Source: a virus. From it: a stretch of 64,000 nucleotides of DNA. The position numbers and the translations under genes are program-made. Location of the stretch: IMG/VR virus record IMGVR_UViG_3300020119_000126, positions 26,157 to 90,156 of that record; one strand, given 5' to 3'. Under the pieces are notes generated by a model. It searched no databases and was not told where the DNA came from. It saw nothing but the letters and a program-made list of their open reading frames with translations. How positions within the stretch are numbered: position 1 is the stretch's first letter; every line of letters starts with the position of its first letter. Positions 49,150-60,555 of the stretch are shown piece after piece.

Positions 49150-50057
49150 AACGTGATTATCAGGCCAAGTTATGGTCAGCCATCTGGCCGAGTGCGATTG
49201 AAACCCTGGATAAGCTGACTGATGACCAGCTTGACCTTGTCTTCTCTGTTCGTCGCTGGATGCAGGAAGAAGCAGGCCATGACTTGCTTCCTTTCATTGG
49301 CGGCAGTTTCAAAATCTATGCTCTGACCTACGAAGACTCGTATTATGTCTATATCACCTTGGGTCAGCCCCGAAATGGCATAGGCGATGCTATTGAGGCA
49401 ATTCAGTCCGAGGTTTACGTTGCTATCGTCTTTAAGGGTGGTGAGGCATTTGCTACTCAGATGATCTATGGGGTCAATGTGCCTGGGCGAATTGAAGCCA
49501 ATAATGTTGATCGGACAACACTGAAATCCTATTCCAGTAAGGATGTGGGCAACGACAAGTTCACTGGTCAGGAGTTAGAAGAAGAACACCAGAGGTCAGA
49601 AGCTAGACTGGCTGAATTGAACAAGCCGCAAGAGCCAGTGCCTGCGGGCTATGTCAACTCAGGCAAGGTCAAGCTCTATGATATGACTGCGCCGCTGTGC
49701 AATGAAAGCTGGTTTGACCGTAGCATCTACGATGATGCCAATCGGCTCATCATAGCCCTAGAAGCTAACCCGTTTTACCTGAACCATCTGCTGCACTATA
49801 TGGCAGCCGCAGGTAAATGGGAAGGCGAGTTCAAGGCTATGGATGGCCTGACCGAAGAAGAACACAAGGGCTGGTATAGTGTTTCCATGCCCTGCGATAC
49901 TCATGGTCATAGCGGCTTTTCATTCAACATGGTCATTGCCAATGCGCTATGGCGTGTTTGCGGCATGAAGAATGTCGATGGCACGTTGGTTGAGCCAGCC
50001 CCTGACCTGGTCCAGTTAATCAATGTCGAACAGGTACTGCCTGGTTCGCTGAAGTAA
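49143..50057 (+). CDS. Hypothetical protein
   Basis: ORF track; C-terminal 'HGHSGFSF' motif. Confidence 0.65.
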   Translation: MVKRDYQAKLWSAIWPSAIETLDKLTDDQLDLVFSVRRWMQEEAGHDLLPFIGGSFKIYALTYEDSYYVYITLGQPRNGIGDAIEAIQSEVYVAIVFKGGEAFATQMIYGVNVPGRIEANNVDRTTLKSYSSKDVGNDKFTGQELEEEHQRSEARLAELNKPQEPVPAGYVNSGKVKLYDMTAPLCNESWFDRSIYDDANRLIIALEANPFYLNHLLHYMAAAGKWEGEFKAMDGLTEEEHKGWYSVSMPCDTHGHSGFSFNMVIANALWRVCGMKNVDGTLVEPAPDLVQLINVEQVLPGSLK

Positions 50058-50116
50058 TTTGTCTGGCTATCAGCAATCCTGGTAGCCATCCTGACCAAAC
50101 CATAAAAGGAAATAAC

Positions 50117-52413
50117 ATGCGCGAATTGAAAACCCTGGGCTATGACGAAGTCATTGAAAGCATGGAGTATGAACTCATCGCTCAGGCAAACATCGGCTCC
50201 TACCAAGGCGACTATCTATACCTGCTAAAGAACGAGAAGGGCAAGTATGCTTTCACCAGCTTGAGCTATGGCTCCTGTTCGGTCTGTGACTACATTGAGG
50301 GCCTGGCACGTGAGCATGGCTATGACTATCAGTCACCTGAAGCCCTGATGGAACTGACCGAGTATCGCGACGGAATTCACAATGGTCTGACCTGGATCAG
50401 TGCCAAGCGTATGCTGTGGGCTGTTCTCGATGGAGTACGGCGCATGAGTTGGTATGGGACCGGGTCAGACTATCTGAACTTTTGCCGGGCAGCCATCAAT
50501 GCTTTGGCCGATGAAGCTGATGTCAGTCTACTCAAGGAGCTAATCTAATATGCCTAATGGATTCTGGATCGTCGCCTTCGTTACTACCTGTGTCATGGAA
50601 ACCTTCTTCTGGTATCTTGGTATCCAGATGCTTGGCGAAGGCTACGGTAAGGGTAAGGGTGATGATTTGTGGCAGGGTTTATTTGTCATGGCTGCGGCTA
50701 TTTGCAGCACACTCTATATTCTTCACATTCAGCTTGGTTGGTTCACTCAAGGAGCACAGTAAGATGAAAATCCAAGGTATGGATGAGAACGACAAGCTGG
50801 CTAGAGTCAATGAGGTTATCGAATTGCTATCCAAATTGGCTGCTGAAGATAATGTGACCACTGATGAATGGCTAAAGCAAGCCATAATCAAGGCTCATCA
50901 AAATCGTCATATGCAGTGGTCGCCCAAGGAACAGAAATTCATTGAGGTCAAGTGTGGTAATCCAAGGTGCTGGATTACCCATAGCCGCTTGCCAGCGGGA
51001 TATGGAGACTAAATGGAATGTACATCAGTTCGACTATCACCCACTCGTGGGGAGTTCGCCTTTAACATCATCGTCACCGATGTTGCGCCAGCCACAATCT
51101 GGAAAATGATCAGGGTTGCCAATGAGCAGTCTGGCTGTAGCGGGGTAGAAGTATGTATGCCAATAAATACCTGGCTCTCGCCTGAGTATTTCACCAGGGA
51201 AGAAGCCGAAAGTGCTTTATTGGTCATGGTCAAGACGTTCGGGATTACGGTAGTGCCATGATTTATCAGCCCCTTGATATTACCAGCGACATGCAAGCCT
51301 GGGCCTGGAAAGAATTACGCGAGGCCAATGACTGGCTATATTACTGCTACTTTGACCCGGTCAACGAACACCGCACAGATGACCGGATTGAGGAAGTGCT
51401 TGATGATGCTCGTTGGAAACGGCGACATGCTATGAAACGGGCCAAGTTTTATGAAGTAGACTGCGAAATGCACATCTTCGTCAAGAACGAGCGCGGTCAT
51501 AACATCTGCCGCAAGTGCCATTACTTTTCTATCTTGGAGGCCAGTCTATGAGATGTCCTGAGTGTAAGCAAGAAGTCGTCGTCGCACAGTATTATACTCA
51601 CCTGCTATGCATGAACTGCTTTGCCAAGTTTCGCTATGACCCAACAAAAATTGAGAAGCTCTGGTTCTCACTGGCTATCATCGCCGCTCTGCAAGAACTA
51701 TCTAACCAGGTCAACAAGCGCTACTGGACTAGCTGGTGGACTAGCGTTGAAGATGGCACGCCGGGTATACCTTTTCAGTATTGGGTCACAGGCTATCGGG
51801 ATAACTTGATGGCAGTTTGTGCTCTCCTTGAAGGGCCTAACCGCTGGTATATTGAACAAGGGGTCAAGAAACTGTTTCCCGATGCCGAGTTTCGCTTTAT
51901 TGAGCCACGTGACCATGACTGGAACCCTGGTGAACGGTTTCCAGGCTATGAAGAAAGGGTCAAGATATGAAGCTCTCAGAAAACCAGCAGGCTATTGTGG
52001 ACCGCCTCAATGCAGGCGAAAAGCTATGGTGGTATCACGGCATTCGATATAACGGGCATTACTCGTTTGAGCATGATCACACAGGCGGCAAAAGTATTAC
52101 TCGAACCGTGGATAGCCTCATCAAACAAGGAGTCCTTAAGATGCTGCCTGCCCAATCTGGCGCATTCAGAAATGCTATTATCCTGACAGCTACTAATCCG
52201 CCAAAGATAAGCATAGTCAACATCGAACTAGAAGCCCATGTCGTGGCAACTCTGTTCAATCTTATTCAGGCAGCCGTTGAAGATTCAGACTGGCTTGACC
52301 GTCCACAGAAGCTGCACCTATGTATTGCCGCCAAGCAAATCGCCAAAGCGACAGCTTCTGGTGAATATGAAGCCATCGTCAAGGAATTGATAGCTATTAC
52401 CGATAGCTTTTAG
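50117..52413 (+). CDS. Run of seven small hypothetical genes
   Basis: Closely packed ORFs ending at 50548, 50762, 51012, 51261, 51551, 51970 and 52413. Confidence 0.55.
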
Positions 52414-52429
52414 TTTTTCTCCGCTCTTG

Positions 52430-52458
52430 TTGCATTACTTCACGTTGTAGTGTACAAT
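52430..52458 (+). promoter_or_regulatory. Sigma70-type promoter TTGCAT-N17-TACAAT
   Basis: Near-consensus elements, 17-bp spacer, intergenic. Confidence 0.65.
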
Positions 52459-52828
52459 GGAGTCATACACTCTATTGGGAAGGACTCTAACGTGAAGGGC
52501 ACCTCTGAACATTTTCTCCGCAACGAAGGTCGGCTCAATGAGTCAACCATTACCATCGAGACCATTGAGTTCGACAGCCGCGAAATTTTCCATGTCACCA
52601 TTTGCTATACTCGTAAGGCGCTCAACACCCAATGGGGTCGGGACGACTGGGAAGTAGGCTGGTTTGACAAGCGCGAAGAAGCCGAAAAGATGGCTATTCG
52701 CAAGCTGCGCGAATTCAATAGTCTCATTCGGGCAGCCTATAAAATGCCACGGTTTCGTGGTGCGCCTAACGGCGTCAGAGTGCGAGAGACTAACCACAAA
52801 TAATTCGGCGTGCCGAAAAGGAAAAACC

Positions 52829-53872
52829 ATGAAACAGGCCAAGAGTTTGAATGAACTGGCGAATGCCCTTCAGCAGCAACTTGCTACCAAGAAGGATTAC
52901 ATCGTCCCCACTCGCGAAATGATCTTTGATGACCCGAACACTATTTATGTTAACAGCGTCGGCACGCTCGGTGCCAATGAGCATTTCCAGCAGCAGGTCG
53001 CAACCTTCCTGGGCTATCCCTATAGCTTCTGGCAGGACACACAGAAGACCTATGCGGCGGAATGGATGGCGCTGACCAATCAGATGCTTCGGCAAGCTGA
53101 TGCACAGAGGATGGTCAGGACATTAGAGGGCAAGGCACGCGCCTTCATGTCGAACAAGTACCGCGCCATTGACAACTGGGACGTGGCTGAGACTGCGCTG
53201 ACCACCATTGGCAATATGGATGGCTGGCAGGTTGATAGTGCTGACCTGACCGACAGCCGGATGTATATCAAGGTTATCTCCCCCAAGATTGAACGTGAAG
53301 TCAAGCGGGGTGATGTGGTCCGGGCAGGCTTGCTCATCACGAATAGTGAAGTGGGCCTGGGCAGTGTCAGTGTCAGTCCCATCATTCTGCGCCTGGCCTG
53401 TTTGAATGGTATGGTCATTGAGGACATGGGTGTCGCCAAGCGTCACTTGAGCAAGGCTCAGATTGGCGTGCCAGATACCTACGAACTGTTCTCCGATGAG
53501 ACCAAGCGCTTGTCTGATGTGGCACTCATGGCACAGATTGCTGATGTGGTTCGTACCACGGTTGATGAAGCCCGCTTTGAACTGGTGGTCAAGAAGTTCA
53601 CTGACACGGCTGACCGGAAGATTGACGGCGACGTGCCCAAGGTCGTAGAAGTGCTGGCGAAGACCGTGAACCTGAATGACAACGAGCGTTCGAGCGTTCT
53701 GCGGCACCTGATTGAAGGTGGCGACCTGACCCAGTTTGGACTGATCAACGCAGTCACAGCCACGGCTCAACAGGTTTCCTCATACGACAGGTCAGTCGAG
53801 TTGGAGCGGGTGGGTGGCAATATGATGGACATGTCGGCAGCGACATGGAAATCGATTGCGAGTGCCAACTAA
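52829..53872 (+). CDS. DUF932/DUF945-like phage/plasmid protein
   Basis: 'MVRTL...RAFMSNKY..IDN', 'ITNSEVG.GS' and 'RLACLNGM' motifs; AAGGA SD. Confidence 0.75.
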   Translation: MKQAKSLNELANALQQQLATKKDYIVPTREMIFDDPNTIYVNSVGTLGANEHFQQQVATFLGYPYSFWQDTQKTYAAEWMALTNQMLRQADAQRMVRTLEGKARAFMSNKYRAIDNWDVAETALTTIGNMDGWQVDSADLTDSRMYIKVISPKIEREVKRGDVVRAGLLITNSEVGLGSVSVSPIILRLACLNGMVIEDMGVAKRHLSKAQIGVPDTYELFSDETKRLSDVALMAQIADVVRTTVDEARFELVVKKFTDTADRKIDGDVPKVVEVLAKTVNLNDNERSSVLRHLIEGGDLTQFGLINAVTATAQQVSSYDRSVELERVGGNMMDMSAATWKSIASAN

Positions 53873-55996
53873 TGTGGGAATACCACATGGAAATCTTGAG
53901 GGGCGAGTCCATTGAGGGCTTGCCCGACCTACTGTTCATCCTGGGTAACGAGGGTTGGGAACTCGCTACCCTCAATATCGTTGATGGGTCTTTGATTATC
54001 TTCTTTAAGCGACAAAGATCAGGAGAAGCCGATGCCTAAGAAAACTACCGCTGAGCTACCCAAGCAGCCTGGTGAACCCACTGACCTGATGAAAGCCAAC
54101 TTCAACCTGATGACAGGTCAGAACCAATTGGTCCTGCTCTCTGGTTTCTATAACAATCAGCCTGCGGTACATCTGGCTGCGGTCATCAAGGACGGCGAGG
54201 ACTTCCTCATCTTCCCTATTGCCCGAATGTATACCGAGCGAGACATGAAGCTCATTGGCGATCCTGAGAATAAGCGCACGGAGAATGTGGATAAGGAGCA
54301 AAATTAAGCATGGGTTATTATCGAACCATGATTACCATCGAAGTCCTTAGCGAAGACCCTATTGAGGCCATTTCTCTACAGGATGTTGTCTATGGTATTA
54401 CCGAAGGACATTGGTCAGGTGATTGGAATGCTGAGGAATCATTAGAAGTCACCGCTCCACAGATGGCTAAACTCCTGATAGCCCAAGGTTCTGACCCTGA
54501 GTTCTTTAATCTCGATGATGACGGAAACGAGATTGATGAAGAAGAAGAAACCGAATGACCAAGTATCTCCTGATCAAGTACAGTGACAACTACTCGGACG
54601 AGTTCGACGTTGAAGGCTTCAAGGTCATGACTCAGGACGAGTGGAAAGCTTTTCGGGAACAGGTCCAGTATGGCCTGTACCCCTATGACTATTACATCGG
54701 CACTAATGAACTCATTCAGTACGCTGACTCACAGAGGCTACTCGATGCCCTGACCCCTGTTTCTGTTGGCAGCAATGTCCTCAAGGAAATACTTCTGGCT
54801 TTGGGTAAAGAAGTGGTCAAGGAATTTGGTTTCTTCCCTTCTGGCCCTGAGCTTCCTATTGAGGCCGAAGAAAATCCTACAGGCAAGCAAGCCTTCTGCT
54901 CCTATTGTCAGACCACAGTTTCAGTTGTCATCCATGACGATATGGTCTGGAACAGTAAGGCGCAGGTCTATGACACTGATTATATGCTTCGCAGCCACTA
55001 CTATGACAATGATGCTGAAACTGGCTTGCTGTGTATGGGCAGCAATACACTAGTGGCAAATGAGGACATAGAGGATGTTCCGCAATGAACTTTTGGGATT
55101 ATGCCTTTTTACTCAATGCTATAGAACAACATGACAAAGCCACTCGCCATAACTTCGGCTTGCCGGAAGGTTGGACCACTGACCTGCGCAATGAAATTGC
55201 AGGTCGGCTTGAAATATGGCAGTGGGTCAACATGCCTCTTTCCATTGGCGAGGCTTATGGCTGTTATGTGACTGAGGAAGAAGGTCAGCATTTCCTGACC
55301 ATCTGGCCTGGGCACAAACTGGCACGAGTGGTCTCCATGGGAAAGGTATGGGAAGGTAAGCGTTCCTACTTCCGTAAGAACCGCCGCCGTATGGTTTATG
55401 CCAGGGATGATCGGGGCTATAGCTACCGGGGCTTATGGTGTTTCGATGCTCAAGACCTGGTCAGGATCAGGCGAACGGCATGACCCGCTAACGCGGGGCG
55501 CTCCGAAAGGAGTGTGCTATGGAACCCTATTTTGATGCTGCTGACCTGCATGATGCAATTGCCGCCAAGAAGCCGCATTTTGACTGGAATGAAGATGACG
55601 GCTTCATGGAAATCTACGTATATTCTCCTTACGATGGTCATGTTCTGTTATCCATACCTGTCACACAGTTGGGATACGACAGGGTCAATGACCTAGTAAA
55701 CTCCCTGCAACAAGTGCGTCAATACCTGCAAGAGCGACTTGTCCCTTCAGTTGATTCAGAGGGCAAAGTCTGCTATAATGGTGTTTACAAACGCAACGTT
55801 GTAGGTGATAATGGACAATCCCTCTCAGACGGTGATAGACGAGCAGATAGAGCGGGTCATCGACCTGCGCAATCAAGCAGCGATGCAGAACGACGCGAAG
55901 CTGACTGCGCAGCATGACCTGAATCTTAATCGTCTATTTCAGGCTGATTTCGCCCTAAACTCCAATCCGAATATCAATAAGCAAAGGACACATTAA
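53872..55996 (+). CDS. Run of small hypothetical genes
   Basis: Coupled ORFs ending at 54039, 54307, 54558, 55088, 55483, 55917 and 55996. Confidence 0.5.
55751..55779 (+). promoter_or_regulatory. Sigma70-type promoter TTGATT-N17-TATAAT with extended -10 TG
   Basis: Consensus -10 with TGn and 17-bp spacer; upstream of the SSB operon. Confidence 0.65.
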
Positions 55997-56410
55997 ATGA
56001 GTTCACTCATGGTTATCAATGGCACCGTCAATGGTGACATTCGCATTTTTGATAATGAACAGACCGGGTCACACCGGGCCAGCTTCACGGTGCAGGATTA
56101 CTATAAGAAGACTGACCGCGATTCCGGCGAGAAGTCCTATGTCAACCTGAATTATGACGTGACGCTGTGGGGCAAGGATGCTGACCGCGTTGCCGAGTAT
56201 TTCAAGGATGGCAAGGCTATCGTCATCACCGGACACTTCAAGGGCATGCGCGAATGGACTAGCAAGGATGGCTCCAAGAGCGGCGTGAACTTCGTGCTGG
56301 ACAATTGCATCATGGACTTCGCCGCACAGGATAAGGCCGAGCGGGGTCAGACTAACGGTAGCAACTCCCGCAAGCGGAGTGAGCCTGCCGAAGAACTTGA
56401 CTTAGGCTAG
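55997..56410 (+). CDS. ssb: Single-stranded DNA-binding protein
   Basis: 'VTLWGKDADRVAEYFKDGKAIVITG..REWTSKDG' SSB motif and acidic tail. Confidence 0.85.
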   Translation: MSSLMVINGTVNGDIRIFDNEQTGSHRASFTVQDYYKKTDRDSGEKSYVNLNYDVTLWGKDADRVAEYFKDGKAIVITGHFKGMREWTSKDGSKSGVNFVLDNCIMDFAAQDKAERGQTNGSNSRKRSEPAEELDLG

Positions 56411-56963
56411 TGCGTAAAAAGGTGGTCCCGAAGCGGTTATACATTCACTTTGGCTCGGATATAAATGCCATAGTGAGTGCGACTAACCGTCTTCGGGACA
56501 CTCAACCCCGCACGGTGCTCTACGAAATTGACACCCTTGAGCAACTTCGATGGGCACTAGACTTCGCTGACAGTGACCCGGCTGAGAACGCTATCATTGA
56601 GGTAGCGGCCTATACTGCCGAGATGGATAAAGTCGTGCGGGCCTATCATGGTCAACGCGAACTCAACTTCTACGCTTTTTTCGGCATGCCGAAAAAGCAA
56701 TATATTCCTGAAGGAGATGTATGGGTTACTTATACCAGACCTCAGTAATCGCCAATGAGGATGTTTCCCTCAATCCAGGCGATGGGGCTGTAATCAAAAT
56801 CGTGGCTATTGTTGGCGACATTGGCAAAGACTGGGCAGCCTATTGGGGCTGGAACAGTATGCACGACCATCAGATTGCCGAATATGGCATGAAGCTGCCA
56901 AGAGATACTGCTGAGGGGCTATTCCCCTATTTCCGAGAGAAAGGGTTGCACTACCGTGATTAA
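56410..56963 (+). CDS. Two small hypothetical genes (56410-56748 and ~56721-56963)
   Basis: ORF track; coupled to neighbours. Confidence 0.5.
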
Positions 56964-57708
56964 TTCATTTCATGAGGCTGATAAGACTATCGGCCAGGAT
57001 AAGGTCAAGAAGTTAGGCGCACGCGGCCTGGAACTGCATAAGGATGGCAATGATGTCATCGCGGTGAACTACCGTGGCACCGACATCGTGACCTTCTATT
57101 GGAATGGCAGCATCCAGTTGAACTCAGGTGGCTGGCTAACGCGCAGCACCTTGACCCGCATGAACCAGCATCTGCCAACTGACTTCCGCATTGAGCCAGA
57201 CAAAGAAGGCATCTGGACGGTCAAGCATGTGCCAAGTGGTGTGTGGGGCTTCTACTGCGATGGCCTGGTCATCGACCCATCGAGCAAGACCATCTTCAGC
57301 AGCACTGTGGCAACTGACGTGACCCAGGCCCTGCGCTTGCAGGATAAGGTGGATAAGTACGTCAGCGCCTACATCGAGCACATTGCCAACGGCACCCTGC
57401 ATGAGCAGACTGATGTGCAGGCGCTCGAACTACGCGACAAGGAAGTGACCGAAGGCGACATTCAGTGGCTGACCGCAGATCAGGTCAAGTGGATTCTGAA
57501 CAGCCAGAAGTATCCGCCCTCACTCCTGCGCCGCGCTGTCTATCTGGATAGTCCTGACCCGTTCTACTTCGAAATGATGGAGAACGTCACGACCTTTCCC
57601 AAGCAGTTATGGCATTACCAGGATGAGCGGTCCATGGACTTCGCCCTACGCTGCTTCCGCCGTGTTCTACTGCGCTTGATGCGCAAGAGCCTGAAGTTGC
57701 CGCTATGA
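56956..57708 (+). CDS. Hypothetical protein, paralogue of 57904..58674
   Basis: Shared 'IAVxYxxTDIVTxxxxGxIxLxSGGxxTxxTxxxxNxxLP'. Confidence 0.7.
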   Translation: MINSFHEADKTIGQDKVKKLGARGLELHKDGNDVIAVNYRGTDIVTFYWNGSIQLNSGGWLTRSTLTRMNQHLPTDFRIEPDKEGIWTVKHVPSGVWGFYCDGLVIDPSSKTIFSSTVATDVTQALRLQDKVDKYVSAYIEHIANGTLHEQTDVQALELRDKEVTEGDIQWLTADQVKWILNSQKYPPSLLRRAVYLDSPDPFYFEMMENVTTFPKQLWHYQDERSMDFALRCFRRVLLRLMRKSLKLPL

Positions 57709-57903
57709 AAGTAGACATCAGGGTCAAGGCAGTTTTTAGCGTTGAATTGACCGATGTGGAAGTGGCAGACTCAACGGCCATTCCTCAGTGGCTACAGGAC
57801 AATCTTAGTCCTGTGGTTACTGATAAGGATGGCGTGAACTATCGGCCTGTAGATGCCCACGTCGAATTTTATGTAACAGCATTCACAACGAAGGATACCA
57901 ACA

Positions 57904-58674
57904 GTGAGAGCAAGTTACCACGGGATCATCAAATCCTACCCGCAGGCGGCTGAGTACCTGGCGACAGGCAAGAACAAGGCTGACCGTCCTTTGCCTGGGC
58001 GCGAGACACGGTTACAGCGAAGGTCAGACACAAGCATTGCAGTGCGCTACTGGCAGACTGACATCGTGACCTATCATGAGGATGGCACGATTGTTCTTGA
58101 CTCAGGTGGCTATCACACCTTCACGACCAAGGCCAAGATAAACGAATATCTGCCTCGCGAGTATGGGCTTAACCAGGATAAGAATATCTGGTATGTCCAC
58201 AATGGCGTGACGACAGCGTTATTTAAGAATGGTATGAGCTTTGCGCCAGACGGAACCATGACAGGCACTCTACCTGAGTCTGACATCAAGAAGCAGGCCA
58301 AGCTGAATAGGGCCATCGCCAAATACGCCAGAGACTTTATCGACGCCTGGCTTGATAGCACGGTTCCAGCACCCTCTAGTGGTGACTGCTGGTTCTGCTC
58401 AATGCACACTACTGAAGGTCAAGCATTAGGTGAGGTTAGCCAGTCTGACCATATCCTGAGCCATATGAAGGAAAAGTATTACGTTCCTTCTCTGCTGGTC
58501 AACGCTTTGAAGAAATATGACTGGTCAAGTGCTTCACAATGGGCGCTGGGTGAAGCATGGGGTGGAGCCACAACGGAACACAAAACATACTGGATGGAAA
58601 CTATGGCTCCACGGTTCGTCAAAGCTTTGCGCCGCTACATTCGTTCACAACTTGATCTGGCAAGTAGCCAGTAG
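57904..58674 (+). CDS. Hypothetical protein, paralogue of 56956..57708
   Basis: Same N-terminal motif; also shares 'YxPSLL'. Confidence 0.7.
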   Translation: MRASYHGIIKSYPQAAEYLATGKNKADRPLPGRETRLQRRSDTSIAVRYWQTDIVTYHEDGTIVLDSGGYHTFTTKAKINEYLPREYGLNQDKNIWYVHNGVTTALFKNGMSFAPDGTMTGTLPESDIKKQAKLNRAIAKYARDFIDAWLDSTVPAPSSGDCWFCSMHTTEGQALGEVSQSDHILSHMKEKYYVPSLLVNALKKYDWSSASQWALGEAWGGATTEHKTYWMETMAPRFVKALRRYIRSQLDLASSQ

Positions 58675-58884
58675 GAGACATCATGGCTGTCAAAGCAGTT
58701 GGCATCATCGAGTGTGATGCCTGTCATCAAGAACAGGAACTCACCAAGACTGCTGAACGCAGCCATTTCTCACCTGACCTGATTATCCGCGCTGACCTGC
58801 TAGAACAGGCAGCCATCGCCATTGGCTATGTCCGGGTTGATGATAAGCTCATCTGCCCGGATTGCCAGGAATGGGTAGAAACTG

Positions 58885-59532
58885 ATGATACAAGGTCTCA
58901 CATACAAGCGTGATTACCTCTTTATTCGGCAAGCCGAAGGAATCCTGAAGCAGATTGATGAAGCGCCATGGAACCATGACCTGAAGCGCCGCACGCAGCA
59001 TTATGGTTTCAAGTACGACTATACCCGGCGTAAGGTCAGCATGGACCTGGATAAGTGTGCGCCACTGCCGAAGTGGGCCGATACTATTGCCATGATGCTC
59101 AGCCAGGATAAATACATGCGACCTGAGCCAAACCAGTGCATCGTCAATGAGTACGAGCCAGGTCAAGGGATTGGCGCTCATGTGGACTGTGAGCCATGCT
59201 TCGGCAATACCGTGGTCTCCATTAGCCTGGGTGGGCCATGTGTGATGGAGTTCACAAACCGTTCTGATCCCGGAGAAGAAATCGGCAAGCAGTACAAGCT
59301 CTTACTTGAGCACAACTCGCTATTGGTGCTCACTGGGCCAGCCCGGTTCTGGTGGACTCATGCTATTCCACCACGGAAGACAGATAGCTGGAAAGGTCAA
59401 GACATTCTACGGCAGCGCCGAGTAAGTCTGACCTTCCGCACTGTGCTTGATGAGATTTACCAGATAGATGACCCGCTAATCATCGATATGCGGGCTGAAG
59501 GTGGATTGGTTACGAGCGTACAGCGTCATTGA
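58885..59532 (+). CDS. AlkB-family 2OG-Fe(II) dioxygenase
   Basis: 'RRTQHYG..YDY', 'NEYEPGQGIGAHVD', 'WTHAI' and 'RRVSLTFR'. Confidence 0.9.
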   Translation: MIQGLTYKRDYLFIRQAEGILKQIDEAPWNHDLKRRTQHYGFKYDYTRRKVSMDLDKCAPLPKWADTIAMMLSQDKYMRPEPNQCIVNEYEPGQGIGAHVDCEPCFGNTVVSISLGGPCVMEFTNRSDPGEEIGKQYKLLLEHNSLLVLTGPARFWWTHAIPPRKTDSWKGQDILRQRRVSLTFRTVLDEIYQIDDPLIIDMRAEGGLVTSVQRH

Positions 59533-59572
59533 ACACTCACAAGCCATCATCAGGAACGAAAAGGAGTCTACC

Positions 59573-59902
59573 ATGGCTAACAATACCGTTCCTGTTGAGC
59601 TTGCTTCCATCCTGGCTGATATTATCAAGGACATCTATGTCGCCAACAATATCAGCAATTACTACAATGCCACCACCCTGGCAGAAAAAACACCATCCGG
59701 CACACCTGACCGTCTTCTCCAACATATCGTCGAGTTAGTCCTCAATGTGCGCAGCCCACTGCTCTATGGCTATGGCGCAGCAATGAGTGACGCCGAGCGA
59801 AAGGATTTATATGGAGACCTTAGCCGACATCTCCAAGACGCCATTGACATCCTCACCGCCATCCAAGCCCCCCTTGATGTCATTTACGCCTCCATATCCT
59901 GA
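59573..59902 (+). CDS. Hypothetical helical protein
   Basis: AAGGAG SD before ATG 59573. Confidence 0.6.
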   Translation: MANNTVPVELASILADIIKDIYVANNISNYYNATTLAEKTPSGTPDRLLQHIVELVLNVRSPLLYGYGAAMSDAERKDLYGDLSRHLQDAIDILTAIQAPLDVIYASIS

Positions 59903-60503
59903 GTATAGTAGCCTACGGCCAGTTCCTGACTGGCCCTTTGGTGACCAGGAGTATACAGGTCTCATTGCCAGTTATCAGGATGCACTCAGGTCAGGTAATC
60001 TGACGGCAGAGGCCAGTCTCAAAGACATCTTGCTGCAAGCCCGCCTAACGGCAGAAGAACTTGAGGTCATTCAGCGCGAAACCATTGCTGACATGACCTT
60101 TATTATTTTCTACCGTCAGTCCTGGTACTACCGCATTCCCATCTGTGAGACTACTGACCGGGAACATATGTTCCGCGTTATCCAGGGAAATATTCACGAG
60201 CCATTCAAGTATTCTGGCAAGGGTAAGCGAAGCAAGAAGGCCAAGGAACTACCTGACCTCGACCTCAATCATTGGGGTACGCCAAAGAAGAAGGTCAAGC
60301 CAGTTGCGGCCAGGGTATCTCAAGCTCATCACCATCCCGATGGGGTTGACCTGGTGAACCTAGCCAAAAGCGCCGCCATCCATTATGCTTTACCGGGCAA
60401 AAAGAAAACTCTATGTGGCAAGCCCTGGGATAGACCTGTCAAAGATGAACACAAGCTCGACACCCTGTATCCTATTTGCCCAAAGTGTCAGACCAAGACA
60501 TAA
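59787..60503 (+). CDS. Hypothetical protein with C-terminal zinc finger (true start uncertain)
   Basis: H..TLCG..CPKC motif. Confidence 0.55.
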   Translation: MTPSERIYMETLADISKTPLTSSPPSKPPLMSFTPPYPEYSSLRPVPDWPFGDQEYTGLIASYQDALRSGNLTAEASLKDILLQARLTAEELEVIQRETIADMTFIIFYRQSWYYRIPICETTDREHMFRVIQGNIHEPFKYSGKGKRSKKAKELPDLDLNHWGTPKKKVKPVAARVSQAHHHPDGVDLVNLAKSAAIHYALPGKKKTLCGKPWDRPVKDEHKLDTLYPICPKCQTKT

Positions 60504-60505
60504 TG

Positions 60506-60534
60506 TTGACTTTCATGTGGAACACCTGTACAAT
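60506..60534 (+). promoter_or_regulatory. Sigma70-type promoter TTGACT-N17-TACAAT
   Basis: Near-consensus; directly upstream of dcd. Confidence 0.7.
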
Positions 60535-60555
60535 ATAGGACGAATAAAGAACACA

